DNA of 27,815 nucleotides, from positions 1 through 27,815 of the forward strand of contig CAZYWD010000001.1 of the NCBI GenBank assembly GCA_964651795.1, in the 5' to 3' direction. Of the stretch, positions 24,742-27,815 are shown one piece after another. Numbering within the stretch: position 1 is the first letter of the stretch; each line of letters starts with the position of its first letter. This stretch comes from an uncultured Muribaculaceae bacterium. GTDB lineage: Bacteria; Bacillota_I; Bacilli_A; RF39; UBA660. A program made the translations under genes and the position numbers. Below the pieces are notes generated by a model, which worked only from the letters and a program-made list of their open reading frames with translations, was not told the origin of the DNA and did not search any database.

Positions 24742-25020
24742 ATGTTGAATAAAGAAGCAATTAAGAATCATCTAAATTATTTGAAAAACAATAAATTTTC
24801 AATGGAATTTTATATTGCATTATTACTTTATGATATGTCAATAGTGGAATCTAACAAAGTTATAGATAAAAACATTTCATGGAATATACAAAAAATGTTT
24901 GATGACATGTATAAAAAAGATTTAAGAGATAAAATTAAACAAAATAAAAATCTAAAAAATAAAAAAATAGAAAAAAGTGTAAATGAAACTAAAGAAATTG
25001 ATTTTGAGGTAGATGTATGA
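24742..25020 (+). CDS. Hypothetical protein (92 aa) translationally coupled to the sortase
   Basis: SD AGGAAAGG; ATGA overlap with the next gene. Confidence 0.65.
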   Translation: MLNKEAIKNHLNYLKNNKFSMEFYIALLLYDMSIVESNKVIDKNISWNIQKMFDDMYKKDLRDKIKQNKNLKNKKIEKSVNETKEIDFEVDV

Positions 25021-25760
25021 GAAAAATTGAAAAAATAGTTTTCATACTTTTTTTATGCCTCTTTTGCTTTTCTTTATATAATTATTTAAATAGTTATCAC
25101 TATTTAAGATTAGAAAATAAAGTTCAAAATGAGTTGATTGAAATTGCAACATCTGATGAATTATCTGTTATAGAAGGAATAAATATAGAACAGACTTCAA
25201 AAATAAACTTTGAAGAACTAAAAACAATTAACAAGGATGTAGTTGGATGGATAAAGATAGATGGAACAAATATTGATTACCCTGTTGTACAATCCGATAA
25301 TAATAGTTATTACTTAAAACGTAATATATATAAAGAATATAGTCCTTATGGTACAATTTTTATTGATGCTACTTCTAGTTTAAATTTTAGTGATAATAAT
25401 ACTTTTATATATGGACACAACACATTAAATCGTTCGATGTTTGCAGATATTAAAAAGTATATGAATAAAGAATTTTACAAAAATAATCATGCTTATCTAT
25501 ATACGCCTACTAAAAATTATAAAATTGAAATTTTTAGTGCTTATTACGATGATGCAATGTCTGATTCATATATTTTAAAATTTAATAATGATTTAGATTG
25601 GATTAATTATTTAGATATAATAAAATCTAAAAGTTTTTATAAAACAAATGTAGAGGTTAATGTGAATGATTCAATTATAACTTTGTATTCTTGTAGTTTT
25701 GAAAAAAGTAATAATAAAGATAATAGGTATTTTATTCATGGTAAGTTAATAGAAATATAA
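25017..25760 (+). CDS. srtB: Class B sortase
   Basis: N-terminal anchor; INKDVVGWIKIDGTNIDYPVVQ, YGHN (His), TLYSC (Cys), RYFIHG (Arg). Confidence 0.92.
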   Translation: MRKIEKIVFILFLCLFCFSLYNYLNSYHYLRLENKVQNELIEIATSDELSVIEGINIEQTSKINFEELKTINKDVVGWIKIDGTNIDYPVVQSDNNSYYLKRNIYKEYSPYGTIFIDATSSLNFSDNNTFIYGHNTLNRSMFADIKKYMNKEFYKNNHAYLYTPTKNYKIEIFSAYYDDAMSDSYILKFNNDLDWINYLDIIKSKSFYKTNVEVNVNDSIITLYSCSFEKSNNKDNRYFIHGKLIEI

Positions 25761-25860
25761 ATTTTTTTATTGAATATATTTAAAATAGGATTGCTTTGAA
25801 TTGATGTTTTAATTAAGATTTATAAGATAAGGTTCAAAAATAATTAAAGGGGGAATCAAA

Positions 25861-25983
25861 TTGAACAATTCTTTCAAAGTGAAAAATATTTTTAAAAACA
25901 TTGATAATAATGATAAATTAAAGATTCAAGAGGTGTTTAATTTAAAACTTTTAAAAATAATAATCTTGTTAGAAAAAATATAG
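25861..25983 (+). CDS. Unannotated 40-aa ORF upstream of the recombinase (candidate recombination directionality factor)
   Basis: SD AAAGGGGGA (25846-25854), TTG start, MNNSFKVKNIFKNIDNNDKLKIQEVFNLKLLKIIILLEKI*, TAG 25981-25983; too short for the ORF track. Confidence 0.6.
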   Translation: MNNSFKVKNIFKNIDNNDKLKIQEVFNLKLLKIIILLEKI

Positions 25984-25997
25984 AATTTTAATATGGG

Positions 25998-26026
25998 CTG
26001 AAAAAAATACTATCATATGCTATAAT
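25998..26026 (+). promoter_or_regulatory. Extended -10 sigma-A-like promoter for the recombinase
   Basis: TG-C-TATAAT (26018-26026), weak -35 CTGAAA 17 nt upstream. Confidence 0.5.
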
Positions 26027-26085
26027 AAATATGTTGTGCATATTAGCGTTTTGATAGTTATTACAAATTAAGGAAGGTAATAACT

Positions 26086-27687
26086 ATGAAGAAAAAGGTA
26101 GGTGTTTATTGCAGGCTGTCAGAAGAGGATCGAATTAAAGACCATATTTCTGACGAAAGTGAAAGTATTCAAAATCAGAGAAATATGCTCTTAAAGTATG
26201 TTTATGATAATGAGTGGGATTTATATGATGTTTATGTTGATGAGGATTATTCTGGAGCAGGTGTAGAAAGACCGGATTTTAACAGATTAATTGCCGATTG
26301 TGAAAATGGAAACGTAAATATTGTTATTTGTAAAACTCAGTCTAGATTTTCAAGAGATATGGAAGTAATTGAAAAATACTTGCATAATAAATTTGTAGAG
26401 TGGCGAGTAAGGTTTATTAGTTTATTAGATAATGCAGATACCGATAATAAAGGAAATAAAAAGGCAAGACAAATTAATGGACTTACCAATGAATGGTATT
26501 TGGAAGATTTATCTGAAAATATTAAAGGAACTTTATTGTCAAAAAAGAAAAGAGGAGAATTTACTGGTAGTTTTGCACCACTTGGATATATGAAAGATCC
26601 AGTTGATAAAAATCATTTAGTAATAGATCCAATTGCAAGTAAATATATTAATAAGATATTCAATCTATATAAACAAGGATATGGATATCAAAAAATCGTA
26701 AAACAATTGAATAAAGAAGAAATACCAAGCCCTTATGAGTACAAAAAAATGACGGGTAGCAATTTCAAAGTAATTAATTGTAAACAAAAATCATCTTGGA
26801 GTATAGATACTATATCAAAAATATTGAGGGATGAAGTTTATATTGGAAATTTAGTACAAGGGAAAACAAGGCATATTAGTTATAAGAATAAAAAATCTAT
26901 AAAAGTTCCAAAAGATGAATGGATAAAAGTTGAAAATACACATGATAAAATAATCGATTTAGAAACTTGGAATATTGTTCAACTTAGACTTGGGAAAAAT
27001 CTAAAAACTCAAAAAGGGACAGAAAAAGTTCATATTTTTTCAGGGAAAGTTTATTGTGAAAAATGTGGAAAAATATTTTGTAAAAATACAGGGCTCACTT
27101 CTACTGGAAAAGTACATTATTTGGAATGTAAGAGTAGGAGAAACGGGCATCGTGATTGTAATAATACTCGCGCAATTCGTTTTGATTATTTGGAGAAATG
27201 TATTATAGATTCTATGAATTGTTTACTAAAGCAATATTATAATGAATCATTACTAAATGATAATTACAAAAATTTAAAAAGCAAATCTAATCAGACATTT
27301 TTGAAAATAGAAATATTGCAAAAAGAACAAAATGTCATACAAAATCAAAAAGAAAAAAAACAAAGATATTATGAAAAACTTTATGAGGATAGAGTAGATG
27401 AAGTGATTACTGATAAAGAATTTAGAGACTTTAGAAAAAAATATAGTGAAGAAATAGAAAAATTAGAGAATAGGCTATTTCAAATAAATAAGGAAATAGA
27501 AGAACTTTCACAAAAAAAACAAAATATAAAATCGCAGGATAAAATACTCAGCAAATATAAACACATTGATAAATTAAATAGAGAAATTATTGATGAATTT
27601 ATTGATAGAATATTAGTTGGAGGGTTTGATGAAGAAACAGGACAACGATATCTTACAATTGAATGGAATTTTGAATTTTATGAGTAA
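26086..27687 (+). CDS. Large serine recombinase (resolvase catalytic domain, recombinase domain, zinc ribbon, coiled coil)
   Basis: VYCRLS (catalytic Ser12), YVDEDYSG, RPDFNRLI, KTQSRFSRD, APLGY, zinc ribbon FSGKVYCEKCG...LEC...C, C-terminal coiled coil; SD AAGGAAGG. Confidence 0.97.
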   Translation: MKKKVGVYCRLSEEDRIKDHISDESESIQNQRNMLLKYVYDNEWDLYDVYVDEDYSGAGVERPDFNRLIADCENGNVNIVICKTQSRFSRDMEVIEKYLHNKFVEWRVRFISLLDNADTDNKGNKKARQINGLTNEWYLEDLSENIKGTLLSKKKRGEFTGSFAPLGYMKDPVDKNHLVIDPIASKYINKIFNLYKQGYGYQKIVKQLNKEEIPSPYEYKKMTGSNFKVINCKQKSSWSIDTISKILRDEVYIGNLVQGKTRHISYKNKKSIKVPKDEWIKVENTHDKIIDLETWNIVQLRLGKNLKTQKGTEKVHIFSGKVYCEKCGKIFCKNTGLTSTGKVHYLECKSRRNGHRDCNNTRAIRFDYLEKCIIDSMNCLLKQYYNESLLNDNYKNLKSKSNQTFLKIEILQKEQNVIQNQKEKKQRYYEKLYEDRVDEVITDKEFRDFRKKYSEEIEKLENRLFQINKEIEELSQKKQNIKSQDKILSKYKHIDKLNREIIDEFIDRILVGGFDEETGQRYLTIEWNFEFYE

Positions 27688-27736
27688 AAAATTATATATT
27701 ATATATACAAATTATATAAAGGAAAAGAATATATTA

Positions 27737-27788
27737 TTATTTGGTTACTTATGTACCCTCACATGGTGGATTAGATCCAGGTGCTATG
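27737..27788. other. Right attachment junction (attR-type hybrid site); predicted crossover dinucleotide CA at 27762-27763
   Basis: Element arm TTATTTGGTTA (27737-27747) is the inverted partner of 70-80; the host amidase frame resumes after it. Confidence 0.85.
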
Positions 27789-27815
27789 TATCAATCTGTA
27801 ATGGAAAAAGATATT
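27762..27815 (+). pseudogene. cwlD: 3' continuation of the interrupted CwlD-like amidase (runs off the right window edge)
   Basis: CAT GGT GGA TTA GAT CCA GGT GCT ATG ... GAA AAA GAT ATT = HGGLDPGAMYQSVMEKDI, the Amidase_3 segment containing the second zinc ligand (Glu in EKD). Confidence 0.8.

Larger units (their letters stand above)
56..27763. mobile_element. 27,708-bp large-serine-recombinase integrative element interrupting a cwlD-like gene
   Basis: Recombinase ends 76 bp from the right junction. Flanks align at a constant offset of 27708 (CCC GGA CAC GGA GGA T vs CCC TCA CAT GGT GGA T). Removing the element restores an in-frame amidase motif. Confidence 0.92.

Noticed and set aside
24547-24771. 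74-aa minus-strand ORF, and a 44-codon plus-strand ORF at 24582..24716
   Set aside because: Neither has a convincing SD or motif; the minus ORF overlaps the start of 24742.
26014-26022. CATATGCTA, resembling a sigma-E/sigma-K -10 box, upstream of the recombinase
   Set aside because: No matching -35 at the right spacing, and it overlaps a good sigma-A extended -10; too common in AT-rich DNA to claim sporulation control.
1-27815. CRISPR array, tRNA, rRNA, IS element or prophage structural genes
   Set aside because: No regularly spaced repeats, RNA-gene signatures, transposase or virion genes seen.

Overview
Very AT-rich Bacillota-type DNA (standard code, Shine-Dalgarno-led genes, sigma-A-like promoters). 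Almost the whole window is one 27,708-bp integrated element (56..27763) with a large serine recombinase at its right end. It is inserted inside a host CwlD-like N-acetylmuramoyl-L-alanine amidase gene. Joining the two flanks at a shared CA dinucleotide (54-55 / 27762-27763) restores the open frame DGDNFPLLGKVIYIDPGHGGLDPGAMYQSVMEKDI, and the element ends form an attP-like inverted repeat centred on that CA. This is the architecture of skin-type sporulation-gene-intervening elements. An unannotated 40-aa ORF just upstream of the recombinase is a candidate directionality factor. I see no phage, relaxase, T4SS or Rep genes. Cargo, left to right: a split C5 DNA methyltransferase; an XRE regulator divergent from a hypothetical gene; a HAD-phosphatase/acyl-CoA-synthetase fusion plus PlsC; an orphan hybrid histidine kinase; a tightly coupled 14-gene biosynthetic operon of unknown product (Ugd, FAAL-like, alpha/beta hydrolase, TIM-barrel epimerase, divergent SAH-hydrolase-like, NUDIX, two PHP, GT4-like, MDR-like, HprK-like, APH-like, Gfo/Idh/MocA, GT2) preceded by a terminator-like leader; a convergent nucleotidyltransferase; a second XRE; two hypotheticals; and a class B sortase. 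Product calls rest on motifs recognised by eye; no database searches were run.
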